From assembly GCA_963422395.1 (NCBI GenBank), contig OY729431.1, forward strand, positions 512,001-576,000: a stretch of 64,000 nt of DNA, written 5' to 3'. How positions within the stretch are numbered: the stretch's first letter is position 1; each line of letters opens with the position of its first letter. The position numbers and the translations under genes were made by a program. A model generated the notes under the pieces. That model was not told the origin of the DNA. It was given only the letters and a program-made list of their open reading frames with translations, and did not search any database. This document shows, piece by piece, positions 31,534 through 41,518 of this stretch. The stretch is from Vicinamibacteria bacterium (GTDB lineage: Bacteria; Acidobacteriota; Vicinamibacteria; Marinacidobacterales; Marinacidobacteraceae).

Positions 31534-32664
31534 TCAGCCGGATGCTTTCATGAAGTCTCCGGGGAAGCGCCGCACCAGCCCCCGCCGCTCGAGTTCGGAG
31601 ACCGCGGCGAGCGCGGCTTCGACCGGGAGCCCGCAACCGGACAGCAGTTCGTCGAGATCCGCCCCGGAGGGGAAGGCGCGGAGAACGCGCAGGAGCTGGG
31701 CGGCATCGGCGCCTGATGGCGGAATCGGTTCGTTCCCGACTGCTGCCGGGCGCGGGTCCGGATCGAGAGGCCTCGCCGGAGCCGGCGAGGAGGCGGGGAT
31801 CCCGAGATCTTCGAGGAGGTGCCGGACCGAGCCTACGAGTGCGGCGCCCTCCCGGATCAGAGCGTGACAGCCGGCGCTGGTCTCCGAGTGGATCGGACCG
31901 GGCACGGCGAACACTTCCCGGCCGGAATCCACGGCGTGGCGGGCGGTGGATAGCGAGCCGCTGCGCTCGGCGGCCTCCACGACCACGGTCCCGATCGTCA
32001 GGCCGGCGATGATGCGGTTGCGTCGGGGGAAGTGGTGGCGCAGAGGTTGCGTTCCTGGTGGGAATTCGCTCGCGACCGCGCCGGATCCGGCACATCGGCG
32101 GGCCAGCTCGCGGTGTTCGGGCGGATAGAAGCGGTCGTGGGCGGACCCGAGAATTCCGATGGTGACCCCTCCGGCGCCAAGCGCCGCCCGGTGAGCCCCC
32201 GCGTCCACGCCGCGGGCGAGGCCGCTCACGACCGTGAACCCCGCTCGCGCGAGGCCCGCGCCGATTTCTTCGGCGATCGAGATTCCGTACGGGGTGGCCC
32301 GGCGGGCTCCGACCACGGCCACCGCCGGCGCGTTCCAATCCGCGGGCCCGGCGACTTCGAGTGCGATGGGCGGAACCGGGATTTCAGCGAGTCGAGCGGG
32401 ATAGGCGTTCGTTCCGAGAAAGAGGAACCGCCGCCCGGCGCGCTCCGCAGCGCGCTGCCAGCGATCGGCTCCCTCCCGCAATCGGGGGGCCGGATCTCCG
32501 AAGCGGTGGCGGAAGGCCCGGACGGCCTCCTCGAGGCTCCGACCCTCGAAGAGAGCGGACCGCGCGCGGGCGGAGGGGGTTTCGGCGAGGGCGAGGGCGA
32601 TTGCCGCCTGCCGGAGTTCCGGCGGGATTTCGCGGGCGGGCGGCTCGTTCGCCGGGTGTTCCAT
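31534..32664 (-). CDS. dprA: DNA-processing protein DprA
   Basis: VVGARRATPYG, VSGLARGVD, FPRRNRIIAGL, VVEAAERSGSL, GREVFAVPG. Confidence 0.96.
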   Translation of the reverse strand: MEHPANEPPAREIPPELRQAAIALALAETPSARARSALFEGRSLEEAVRAFRHRFGDPAPRLREGADRWQRAAERAGRRFLFLGTNAYPARLAEIPVPPIALEVAGPADWNAPAVAVVGARRATPYGISIAEEIGAGLARAGFTVVSGLARGVDAGAHRAALGAGGVTIGILGSAHDRFYPPEHRELARRCAGSGAVASEFPPGTQPLRHHFPRRNRIIAGLTIGTVVVEAAERSGSLSTARHAVDSGREVFAVPGPIHSETSAGCHALIREGAALVGSVRHLLEDLGIPASSPAPARPLDPDPRPAAVGNEPIPPSGADAAQLLRVLRAFPSGADLDELLSGCGLPVEAALAAVSELERRGLVRRFPGDFMKASG

Positions 32665-32823
32665 GGCGGCGGTTGCTTCTGCGGCGGTTGAAAAAACTCC
32701 TTCCCCGATACTTAGACGGAATTTTTCGAAATTCTTCCCACCAGCCGATCGGCGGCCCTCCTTATCCCCGCGGAATTCCGGCGCGCGTTACTATCGGAGA
32801 TCTTTCACGAAACGGGGAACGCC

Positions 32824-33249
32824 ATGGTCCGTTCGAAGCGATCACGAAGCCCGATGCGCGGGACGGTGGGAAACTGCCGGCTCGCCGTCGCGGCGGCCGT
32901 CTTCCTGCTCGCCGCAGGCGTCGCGGCCGGGTCCGATGAGGAACGCTCCGGACGGGAGAACTCGTTCGGAGTGGAGGTGGCGAGCCGCGGCCTCTGGAAG
33001 GAGGCGGCCTACCGCTGGGAGAAGGCCGTCGCGATGGACCCGCTGAATGCGAAGGCCCGCAACAATCTCGCCGTCGCCTACGAACGGTCGGGGAAGTTCG
33101 AAGAAGCGCTCACCGCCTACGAGTCGGCGCTCGAGCTGTTCCCCGGCAGCGAGCACATCCGGCAGAATTACGAGCTCTTCCGCGAGGCGTACGAGCGCAA
33201 GAAGCGCAAGGACCGCGACGCCCGCCGCTCTTCTCGCTCCCGCCGCTGA
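32824..33249 (+). CDS. Small exported TPR protein
   Basis: Signal-like hydrophobic stretch; ARNNLAVAYERSGKFEEALTAYESALEL. Confidence 0.82.
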   Translation: MVRSKRSRSPMRGTVGNCRLAVAAAVFLLAAGVAAGSDEERSGRENSFGVEVASRGLWKEAAYRWEKAVAMDPLNAKARNNLAVAYERSGKFEEALTAYESALELFPGSEHIRQNYELFREAYERKKRKDRDARRSSRSRR

Positions 33250-33257
33250 TCCGCACG

Positions 33258-34154
33258 ATGCATCCCCGAAGGAGCCTTGCCGCGGGATGCGGCCACGGCA
33301 AGCGGGCGGTCACGCCGGCCTACCTGCCGACCTTTCTGCCGGGCCGCTTCGGGCTGCCGCGCCGCTTTTGCCTGCTGCCCGCAGCGTTCGCTGTCGGGAC
33401 TCTCGCCCTCTCCGCCTGTGCCGCCGGCTCTTATGTGGAGGTGCCCATCGAGATCCCGATCGATGCGAAGCTCGATCTCTCGAACTACGGGCGGGTCCTG
33501 GTGGGCAGCTTCGTGACCCAGAACAACGAGAATCTGGATCTCGATTCCGAGACCTCACGGCTGCTCCGCAACCAGTTGCGGTTGAATTCCCGGTTGGCAG
33601 TGATCGAAGCGGAGGTCGAACCGCTCGGCGATTTCTCGGATGCCGCGATCGAGTCGAGCGGGCTTTCCGCGCAGTTCGAGGAGATGGCGGAGGAAGCGGT
33701 GGCGATCGGCGATGGAGAGATCTCCCGCCAGGAGTGGATCGATCTCGAGCAGGACAAGCTCCTCGAAGACGAGGAGTACTGGCGCCGTCTCGGGGAGGAG
33801 TTCGAAGAGCCCCTCATCGTCAGCGGGCGGCTCCGGTTCGCCGCCGAGGAACGCTCGGGGTACTCGCGCCGCGACCGCTATCTGCGCGATCAGTTCAACC
33901 GGCCCCGGCTGGTGCGGAGCACCCAGTTCCAGGAGAGAAACGCCTACACCCTCACCGCCGAGTTCTATTTCATAGACGGCGCGAGCGGCCGCACGATCCA
34001 CCGAGAACGCTTCACCGAGGAAGTCATCTTCGGCCGTGATGAGGAGAGCTCGGCTTTGTCCTCCTATTTCGAGCTGATGGACCGCGTCCTGCCGAACTTC
34101 CTCAGCATCGTGACGCCTCAGACCTTCCGGGGCACGAGAGTTCTGTTGCGCTGA
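33258..34154 (+). CDS. Hypothetical lipoprotein; start uncertain
   Basis: LSAC lipobox after hydrophobic stretch; typical coding composition; operon spacing. Confidence 0.7.
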   Translation: MHPRRSLAAGCGHGKRAVTPAYLPTFLPGRFGLPRRFCLLPAAFAVGTLALSACAAGSYVEVPIEIPIDAKLDLSNYGRVLVGSFVTQNNENLDLDSETSRLLRNQLRLNSRLAVIEAEVEPLGDFSDAAIESSGLSAQFEEMAEEAVAIGDGEISRQEWIDLEQDKLLEDEEYWRRLGEEFEEPLIVSGRLRFAAEERSGYSRRDRYLRDQFNRPRLVRSTQFQERNAYTLTAEFYFIDGASGRTIHRERFTEEVIFGRDEESSALSSYFELMDRVLPNFLSIVTPQTFRGTRVLLR

Positions 34155-34172
34155 CCCGGCTTCGGGAGCGCC

Positions 34173-37100
34173 ATGGAAAGGAGCAGGCTGGTGATGAGAG
34201 AGTCTTCGAAGAGTTCCGGTTCGTTCTGGTCGCGGTCGGTGCTCGTTGCCGGGCTCGCCGCTTTCGGAACTGCAGCTGCCGCGCCGGCGCAGTACTTCAT
34301 TCCGTTCTACGGAAAGAACAAGGTCAAGTACGACAAGCACGACTGGCAGGTGTACCGGTCACCGCACTTCGATGTCTATTACTACCCGGAAATGGAAGAG
34401 GAACTCGGGCGCCTGGTCAGCTATGCCGAGAGCGCTTACGAGACGATTTCGGACGAACTGAAACACGAAATTCCCTTTGCCATCCCGCTGATCCTCTACA
34501 AGACATTTTCCGAATTCGCGCAGACGAACCTGTCGCCTTCGGAGATTCCCGAAGGTGTGGGGGCGTTCGCCGAATCCACCCGGGACCGGATGGTCATACC
34601 CATCGACAACCCGCCGGACGAGCTGCAGGAGCTTTTCCTCCACGAGTTGACCCATATCTTCGAGTTCGACATCGTCCCCCGCTCGCTTTTTCGGCAGACG
34701 GTCCCGCTCTGGATCGACGAGGGGCTCGCCACCTACATGGAAAACGAGTGGGATCCTCTCGATCTGATGGTGGTCCGCGACGCTGCGGTCGCCGACCAGG
34801 TGCCCACATTCGAGGAACTGAATCAGGCATTCGCCCGGACTCCGTATTCGTTCGGAGCATCCATCTTCGACTTCATGGAAGAGCGCTTCGGAAAGGAAGG
34901 GGTTCGGCAGTTCGTGTTTTCCCTGCGGCGTGCGGTGACCGGAGGCGTGAGCGAGGAGGTGTACGAACAGGCGTTCCGTATGGCCCCGGAGGATTTCTAC
35001 CGGGAATACAAGCGCTGGATGAAAGAGCGCTTCAAGCCGTACCGGGACAAGGAGATCCCCGAGGATTACAGTGTGGATCTCTCCCCGAGGGAAGGCCGCT
35101 ATCTCGGGGCCATTTCGGCGGCGCAGTCGCCGTCGGGAGAGGTGATCGCGGCGCTGGCCGGGAACCGCCGGGAGTCGGAGTACGATGTCGTGCTCCTGTC
35201 GGCCAAGGACGGCGAGATCCTTCGCAATCTGACCCCCGGGTATGCCGGCGAGTTCCTGAATGTGGTGGGACTCACCGGGGAGGATCAGCTCATCGGGCGG
35301 AATCTGAGCTGGACGCCGGATGGATCCCGCGTCGCCTTCTTCGGCCGCTTCCAGAAGCGCCGCGCCCTGCTTTTCGCCGATGTGGTGGAGTCGGAGATCG
35401 TGCAGCGCATCGAGATCCCCCTCGATCGAGCGAAGTTCCCGCATGTCGGCCCGAAGGGGGAGTGGGTGTATTTCGCCGCTCTTCGGGACGGTATCGGGGA
35501 CATCTACCGCGTGAACATCGTTTCGGAACGAATCGAGAACCTGACGCGCGACGACTTCCACGACAAGTTTCCAACGGTGAGCCCCGACGGCGAATGGCTC
35601 TATTACAGCCGACGCATCAGCGGCTACGACAAGCTCTACCGGCTGCGGATCGAGACCGGCGACAAGGAGCAGGTCACCTTCGGCACTTTCAACGATGTGG
35701 CGCCGACCTTCGCTCCGGGAGGACGAGACCTCGTGTATTCCTCTGACGAGGATGACGGGATCTTCAACATCCGAACGCTCGATACCGAGACTGGCGACAT
35801 CCTCCAGTACACCGATGTGCTCGGCGGCAATTTCTGCCCGAGCGTGATCGTGGATCCCGAGACCGGCCAGAACACCCTGCTCTTCACCAGCTACTACAAG
35901 GGGAACTGGGGACTCCACACCCTCGAAATGGACGAGCCGGTCAAGGAGATCTTTGCCGACACGATCGTCCGCACTCCGGGTCCGGTCATCGATTTCGTGC
36001 CCACCGTGAACCATCAGGTCATCAGCGAGAACAAGCGGGAGAAAGGCCGTTTCGAGAAGCTCTTCCTCGACGGTGTGCCTCCGATCCAGGCGGGGGTCAC
36101 GAGCGACGGCGACTTCATCGGCGGCACTGCGATCTCGTTCTCGGATGTGCTCGGCGACGACCGGCTGTCGTTCACCGCCTTTTCCGTCCGTTCCTACCGG
36201 ATCTACAACGCCCAGTACGCGAACTTGTCGGGCCGGTTCCAGTACGCCCTCGAGGGGCACGATCGCACCTCGTTCTTCTACCCTCGACTTCCCTACTACC
36301 TCACGAACTACTGGTCACGGGCCGACAGCATCGGAACCATCCGCTCTTCGGGCGCGTCAGCGCGGGCGCTCTACCCGCTCAGCCGCTTCCGCCGGTTCGA
36401 GATGGGTATCGGCTATGACTATCAGAACTCGGGTTTCGAAAACATCTACCTCCGGCCCGGTGAGGATCCGCTCTTGCCGCAAGAGTACGTGGACCCGTAC
36501 CGGGATTTCTACCAGCGAATCTTTCCCAGCGGCCATCTCCTGCCAGCTCGTCTGGCGTTCGTCCAGGACACGATTCGCTTCCGCCAGCTCGGGCCGGCGG
36601 TGTTCCCGCAGTCGGGAAGTACGGTGTACGCGGGCGCCGAATGGTCTCCCGGGGGACCGTTCCTCTCCCGGACGACCTTCGACATCGACGCCCGGAAGTA
36701 CATTCAAGTCACCAGCGCCAGCGTTCTCGCTGCGCGCCTGCGGTGGTACCACAGCTTCGGCGATGCGCCAGGATTCTTCTGGTTCGGCGGAAACGGAGAA
36801 CTCCGCGGCTACCCGCTGTATTCGATTTCCGGAAACCGGGGCGGGCACGCTACCGTGGAGTTCCGGTTTCCTCTCATAGACGCTGCGATCACGCCGATCG
36901 GCCTGATCGGCCCGCTCCGGGGCAGCATCTTCGTGGACGCCGGTGGCGCCGCCCATGTCGGAGAGAAACTCGGTCTCTTTTCTTCCGACCGGCGGGAATC
37001 CCGACTGGGGAGGCTTTGCGGCCCCCGGCAGAACTCGCTCTGTGTATCCGAAGGCTTCGGACTCGACGACTTCGTGGCATCTTACGGATTCAACGCCCGA

Positions 37101-37208
37101 ATCTATTTCCTCGGTCTGCCGCTCAATTTTGCCTGGGCGAAACGCACCGATTTCGCCACCACCGTCCCCGGCTGGAAATTCGCCTTCTGGATGGGCTGGG
37201 CGTTCTAG
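34173..37208 (+). CDS. Omp85/BamA-barrel protein with N-terminal zinc-peptidase (MA-like) domain and TolB/PD40 beta-propeller
   Basis: FYGKNKVKY, HELTH...WIDEGLA zincin motif, SPSG/WTPDG/SPDG propeller repeats, LRGY barrel motif, C-terminal F. Confidence 0.82.
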   Translation: MERSRLVMRESSKSSGSFWSRSVLVAGLAAFGTAAAAPAQYFIPFYGKNKVKYDKHDWQVYRSPHFDVYYYPEMEEELGRLVSYAESAYETISDELKHEIPFAIPLILYKTFSEFAQTNLSPSEIPEGVGAFAESTRDRMVIPIDNPPDELQELFLHELTHIFEFDIVPRSLFRQTVPLWIDEGLATYMENEWDPLDLMVVRDAAVADQVPTFEELNQAFARTPYSFGASIFDFMEERFGKEGVRQFVFSLRRAVTGGVSEEVYEQAFRMAPEDFYREYKRWMKERFKPYRDKEIPEDYSVDLSPREGRYLGAISAAQSPSGEVIAALAGNRRESEYDVVLLSAKDGEILRNLTPGYAGEFLNVVGLTGEDQLIGRNLSWTPDGSRVAFFGRFQKRRALLFADVVESEIVQRIEIPLDRAKFPHVGPKGEWVYFAALRDGIGDIYRVNIVSERIENLTRDDFHDKFPTVSPDGEWLYYSRRISGYDKLYRLRIETGDKEQVTFGTFNDVAPTFAPGGRDLVYSSDEDDGIFNIRTLDTETGDILQYTDVLGGNFCPSVIVDPETGQNTLLFTSYYKGNWGLHTLEMDEPVKEIFADTIVRTPGPVIDFVPTVNHQVISENKREKGRFEKLFLDGVPPIQAGVTSDGDFIGGTAISFSDVLGDDRLSFTAFSVRSYRIYNAQYANLSGRFQYALEGHDRTSFFYPRLPYYLTNYWSRADSIGTIRSSGASARALYPLSRFRRFEMGIGYDYQNSGFENIYLRPGEDPLLPQEYVDPYRDFYQRIFPSGHLLPARLAFVQDTIRFRQLGPAVFPQSGSTVYAGAEWSPGGPFLSRTTFDIDARKYIQVTSASVLAARLRWYHSFGDAPGFFWFGGNGELRGYPLYSISGNRGGHATVEFRFPLIDAAITPIGLIGPLRGSIFVDAGGAAHVGEKLGLFSSDRRESRLGRLCGPRQNSLCVSEGFGLDDFVASYGFNARIYFLGLPLNFAWAKRTDFATTVPGWKFAFWMGWAF

Positions 37209-37915
37209 CTCTGACGAAGACTCCGGATCCAGGCGACGGCTTCCGGCGCCAGACCCGGGCCGTCGTGCTTCACATAGAGATACAGCGTGTCCACGCGGTC
37301 TCCGAGCCGGTGGAGCATCTCCGAGATCGTCTGTCTTTCGGGCCCGCTATACGGCGGATCCCGGCGAAGGCGCACATAGGCGAAGTCGGCGGTCACCGGG
37401 ACTTCGGGTTCGGTTTCCAGTCCGCTGATTCCGGCGGCGAGCGCGACTCCGGCCTCTCGGCACGCCGCCTCCACCGCCGCCGAGCGCCAGGAATCGTGCC
37501 GGAACTCCAGCGCGAAAAGCCCCCCTCGAGGAAGAACGCCGAGGAACTCCCCCAGTCTTTCGTCATTCCGAGGAAACCAGGGGGGACACTGGAAGAGGAC
37601 GGGGCCGAGCCGCTCTCCGAGAGGCGCGAGCGCCTTCAGAAAGGAAGGTACCGATTCCGCTGCGCCGGCCAGCCGGGCGCGGTGCGTGATCCCCTGATGT
37701 GCCTTGACCGAGAAACGAAAGCTCTCGGGAGTACTCGCTCCCCACGCCGAGGAGAGCTCCGGTTTCGGAAAACGCCGGAAGGTGTGATTGATCTCGACGC
37801 TTTGGAATACCGAGCTGTAATGGGAAAGGAAATCAGCCGGTTTCGTTTTCGGCGGGTAGAACCGGCCCACCCACTCCCGAAATCCGTAGCCGGAGGTGCC
37901 GGCGTACAGTTTCAA
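37205..37915 (-). CDS. DUF72 family protein
   Basis: GTSGY, VEINHTF, FRFSVKA, LGPVLFQCP, LEFRHDSW, YVRLR. Confidence 0.92.
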   Translation of the reverse strand: MKLYAGTSGYGFREWVGRFYPPKTKPADFLSHYSSVFQSVEINHTFRRFPKPELSSAWGASTPESFRFSVKAHQGITHRARLAGAAESVPSFLKALAPLGERLGPVLFQCPPWFPRNDERLGEFLGVLPRGGLFALEFRHDSWRSAAVEAACREAGVALAAGISGLETEPEVPVTADFAYVRLRRDPPYSGPERQTISEMLHRLGDRVDTLYLYVKHDGPGLAPEAVAWIRSLRQS

Positions 37916-38358
37916 TGGCTTTCGAACAGGCTATCGAAAGCGGCTTTCGCGTCGCGCGCCGTGTCGAGCTTTCTGCCGGTCACATCGAGAACCTCGGTTG
38001 CACGGAACGAGATGCAGTCGTTTCCGGCCCACTTGTCCACGATGCGTTCGGAGATGTCAGCTCGGCACTCGTACCGCTGCGCCGGATCGAACAGCGAGCA
38101 ATGCCGGCAGGATCGCAGCGGAGTAGAGCAGGTGGGGCAAGTGGAGCCGACCACGATGGACACCTCACCGATCGGCCACTGATACCCGCAGCGGCCGCAG
38201 CGAGTGACCACGGCCGCCCGGCGGTCTCCGGCGAGCCGCAGGGTGCGCAGCTGTTCGGTGTTTCCGAGATCGGCGAGCCTCTCGTCCATCTCGCGATGAA
38301 AACGGCGTTGTCCGTCAGTGTCCTGACGCTTGTGCTGGCCGCGCCGGCTGTACTTCAT
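37912..38358 (-). CDS. Cys-rich (putative zinc-binding) hypothetical protein
   Basis: CGRC, CPTC, CRHC..FD, EC, NDC; ARDAKAAFDSLF tail; 4-nt overlap with DUF72 gene. Confidence 0.75.
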   Translation of the reverse strand: MKYSRRGQHKRQDTDGQRRFHREMDERLADLGNTEQLRTLRLAGDRRAAVVTRCGRCGYQWPIGEVSIVVGSTCPTCSTPLRSCRHCSLFDPAQRYECRADISERIVDKWAGNDCISFRATEVLDVTGRKLDTARDAKAAFDSLFESH

Positions 38359-38521
38359 TCGGGAGTCTTCTGGTTTGCTGCTGTTTCGGCGGGAAACACC
38401 GCCCGGTGCCCATGAAGCGGGAGTACCACCCACTTCCGAAAGCACCGAAGCCGCAAGGGAGATGCTTCCTCGGGAAGGCGCCGGAGATCCGGGCGCGACC
38501 CTCGATCACCGATTCCGAAGC

Positions 38522-39382
38522 CTAACACGATGCGATGGCCCGCCGTCCGAGCGGTCGTTCCGGTTGGCAGCGCGGACAGTAGAAGGAGGATCTGCCGGCG
38601 ATCAGGATCCGGACGATTCCGTCACGACGACAGGAAACGCAGATTTCCCCTTCCTGCCCATATACCGAAAAGCGTGCGCGAGTGCTTCGCCGGCCGGCGG
38701 CTCCGTCGCTCAGGTAGAGGATCTCGGGATTGCGCGTTTCGCGGATCGTCCGGCGGAGTGTCCAGCGGATCGCCCGGTGGAGCCGCAGCGCGGCTTCGGT
38801 TTCGATCGCAGCGGCGCTTCGTGCCGGATGGATTCCGGCGCGCCATAGCGCCTCGGTCGCCTGGATGTTGCCGATCCCGGCGATCCGGTCCTGGTCCATC
38901 AGAAGCGCCTTCACCGGGCGCCGGGACGCGGCGAGCAGCCTGGCGAGGCGGCGGCCGGTGAACGAGGCATCGAGTGGTTCCGGTCCGAGCCGGGCGAGCC
39001 GGCGTTCGTCTTCGGGAAGGCACAGCGAGAAATGGCCGAAACGCCGGGTATCGGAGAACACCACCCGGAGGCCGCCGGCGATCTGCAGGCTGGCCCGCAC
39101 TGCGGGAGGGTCGGGCGCGCTCCGGCCCCGCCGTACCCACTTGCCGCTCATCCCGAGATGGCTCAACAGCGGCGGGCCGGCGGCGGCGAGTTCGATCCGC
39201 AAGAATTTGCCGCGCCGCTCGACGGCGCGCACCACCCGACCCTCCGCCGCCCTCCGGATCGCACCCTCGTCCTGTCCGCGGCGAGTGAGCGCATCGGGGA
39301 CGGCGATTTCGAGAAGCCGTCGTCCGGCCAGCCAGTCGGTCAGATTCTCCCGATGGATCTCGGCTTCGGGCAGTTCCGGCAC
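38522..39382 (-). CDS. mutM: Formamidopyrimidine-DNA glycosylase / AP lyase
   Basis: PELPE N-terminus, RRGKFL, HLGMSG, GIGNI, C-terminal CVSC...CPRCQ zinc finger. Confidence 0.95.
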   Translation of the reverse strand: MPELPEAEIHRENLTDWLAGRRLLEIAVPDALTRRGQDEGAIRRAAEGRVVRAVERRGKFLRIELAAAGPPLLSHLGMSGKWVRRGRSAPDPPAVRASLQIAGGLRVVFSDTRRFGHFSLCLPEDERRLARLGPEPLDASFTGRRLARLLAASRRPVKALLMDQDRIAGIGNIQATEALWRAGIHPARSAAAIETEAALRLHRAIRWTLRRTIRETRNPEILYLSDGAAGRRSTRARFSVYGQEGEICVSCRRDGIVRILIAGRSSFYCPRCQPERPLGRRAIASC

Positions 39383-39421
39383 GGGAGGCAGCGGGATGAC
39401 GAGAGTCCGGAGGAAGGCTTG

Positions 39422-41332
39422 CTATTCGGCGAAGATCTCTCCGATCGCCCGCTGGGCCTGGTCCATGGCAGCCTGGGTGTATGCGTAGGCGCCGGCGTCG
39501 GCGTTCGCGATGTGGATCCGACCGAACTGCCGGCGGCCGATCTCGTGGGGAGCCTCGCCGGGGGCGAAGGGGGGATCCCACAGTGAGTTGTATTCGAAGG
39601 AGTACCCGTGCGGCCAGCGATTCACGGTGATCCCGAGGATGTCTCGGGCCGGATCGAACCCCCCGGGGCCCAGCGCCCGGGCGAGCTGGCTGCGGGTTTC
39701 GCGTTCGAAGTCCGCGAAGCTGGTTCGCAGCAGCTCGTTCTGTCCGGCCCGATGCTGGACCCGCGCACTTTGCCCCGGATAGCACGGAGTGCGAACTGCA
39801 TGCAGCACGATGAGATCTTCGGGGCCGCTCGAAAACGAATACCCACCGAGGCTCACCGGGAAGTCGAGGGCCACGGTCGAATGGAATCCGGCGGGGGAAT
39901 AGACACTCGAAGCGCCGAGTTCGACGAACGAGGTCCAGTTCCGGATCAGGATGTTGCTGTAAACGAGCGGAACCTTGGGCGGGTAGGCGAGTGCCCGGCG
40001 CTGCTCCTCGGGCAGCTCCGGCAGGAGATAGGGGATGACCTGGTTGTAGCAGGCGAGAACGACGCGTCGGGCGCGGACGCGCACTTCGGCCCCGTCCCGC
40101 ACATAGGTCACGCTCGCTCCTTCGCCGCCGCCGTCCCGGACCCGTACCGCGGTGCTGTTCAGGCGGATCCGGCAAGCAGAATCCGGCCGGTCGAGCGCGG
40201 CATAGTCGAGCCGGGCTCGCACGATGTCTTCGCCGCCAGTGCCGGCCGCCGCCGCCGGAATTAGCTTCCGCACCAGCAAGCGGGCGATGGTGGCGTTTCC
40301 GTCCGGAAAGTGGAAGATGTACGGCTCGGGGTTCGGGTTCGGTTTCGCAGTGAGGCTGAGCCGAGGGTGGTCGCCGGGGAGGAGCCCCATGTCGTCGAAA
40401 CCGGGATATCCGAGCGACCAGAGGTCGAGCGCCGGCACTCCGTCAGGCCCCATTCCGAAGAGACCGTGAGGGCGCTGGCGATAGAGCGCCCGGATCTCTT
40501 CTCCCATCCCGAGCGCCTCGAGGAACGCCTGGTAACTGGTGGCGGCGAGCCGCTCTTTCTTCGTGGAGTCCTCGAGCTCGGGCCAGGGATCGCCGGGGGA
40601 ATCCCGCAGACGGACGAAGTCCGCCCGGCCAGCCGCGCTGAGCGGCGCGGCGGCGGCGAACTCCTCGGCGGAAAGCATCCCGAACCCGGCGACCAGCCGA
40701 TCCTCGGAGAAGTCTTCTGCCCCGAAGAAGACCGCATCGCTCAAACCGAAGGAGCGGTAGAGGCCGCGGTCGAAGGCAGTGTGGAACAGGTCGAGATCCA
40801 CCCCCAGCTCGTCGAGCAAACCGCGAGTCCCGGGGCTGAAAGTCGCCGGAGAGTCGAGGGACTGGGTGCCGCCGTAGCCGAGGATCGTCCGGCCCTCGTG
40901 GGTGAACTCGTTGCGCTTGGCATGACCGCCGAAGTCGTCGTGGTTGTCGAGGACCAGGATGCGGGCATCTGCGCCGGCGGCCTTCCGGTAGAGCCAGGCT
41001 GCGGTGAGCCCGCTGATGCCGCCTCCGACCACCACCAGGTCGAAGTCGCCGCCATCCTCTGCCCTCGAGTCGTCCCAACTGCCGGCGGTCCGGAACTGGT
41101 CGCGAAGGGTGTGGGCGACCTCGAACGATCCGGGGTGGCTGCCGCGGAGCCCGGTGCGCGCAGGCGGATAAGGACCTGCCGGCGCGGGAGAGGCACGACT
41201 TGAGGCCAGCCCTCCGGAAAGGCTGGAGAGCGCGAGCACCCCCGCGCCCAGCGGGATCCCGTTCAGGAAATCTCGCCGGCTGATCTCCCGCTGCATCCCG
41301 AGCTCCCGGTCCCGGTCGCGAGAAGGGTGCAT
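39422..41332 (-). CDS. Tat-exported FAD oxidoreductase, spermidine dehydrogenase (SpdH)-like
   Basis: SRRDFLNG, YPPARTGLRGSHPGSF, GGGISGL, NHDDFGGHAKRNEF, VNRWPHGY. Confidence 0.85.
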   Translation of the reverse strand: MHPSRDRDRELGMQREISRRDFLNGIPLGAGVLALSSLSGGLASSRASPAPAGPYPPARTGLRGSHPGSFEVAHTLRDQFRTAGSWDDSRAEDGGDFDLVVVGGGISGLTAAWLYRKAAGADARILVLDNHDDFGGHAKRNEFTHEGRTILGYGGTQSLDSPATFSPGTRGLLDELGVDLDLFHTAFDRGLYRSFGLSDAVFFGAEDFSEDRLVAGFGMLSAEEFAAAAPLSAAGRADFVRLRDSPGDPWPELEDSTKKERLAATSYQAFLEALGMGEEIRALYRQRPHGLFGMGPDGVPALDLWSLGYPGFDDMGLLPGDHPRLSLTAKPNPNPEPYIFHFPDGNATIARLLVRKLIPAAAAGTGGEDIVRARLDYAALDRPDSACRIRLNSTAVRVRDGGGEGASVTYVRDGAEVRVRARRVVLACYNQVIPYLLPELPEEQRRALAYPPKVPLVYSNILIRNWTSFVELGASSVYSPAGFHSTVALDFPVSLGGYSFSSGPEDLIVLHAVRTPCYPGQSARVQHRAGQNELLRTSFADFERETRSQLARALGPGGFDPARDILGITVNRWPHGYSFEYNSLWDPPFAPGEAPHEIGRRQFGRIHIANADAGAYAYTQAAMDQAQRAIGEIFAE

Positions 41333-41518
41333 CGGATCGCTGCTTACTCGGGGCAGCGCGAGGCGCGGGTACCGGTCGGGCGGCCTCGAAGATTCCACCA
41401 TGGAGGTGAATCTTCCCACTTCGCCGTTTCGAGGCTTCGAGAGCGGCCGCGGCTGTTCTCCGTGTTTCCGCGCATCCGGTAAATTGTCGGGTCCCCCTGT
41501 CCCTCCGGAGGCCCTCCC

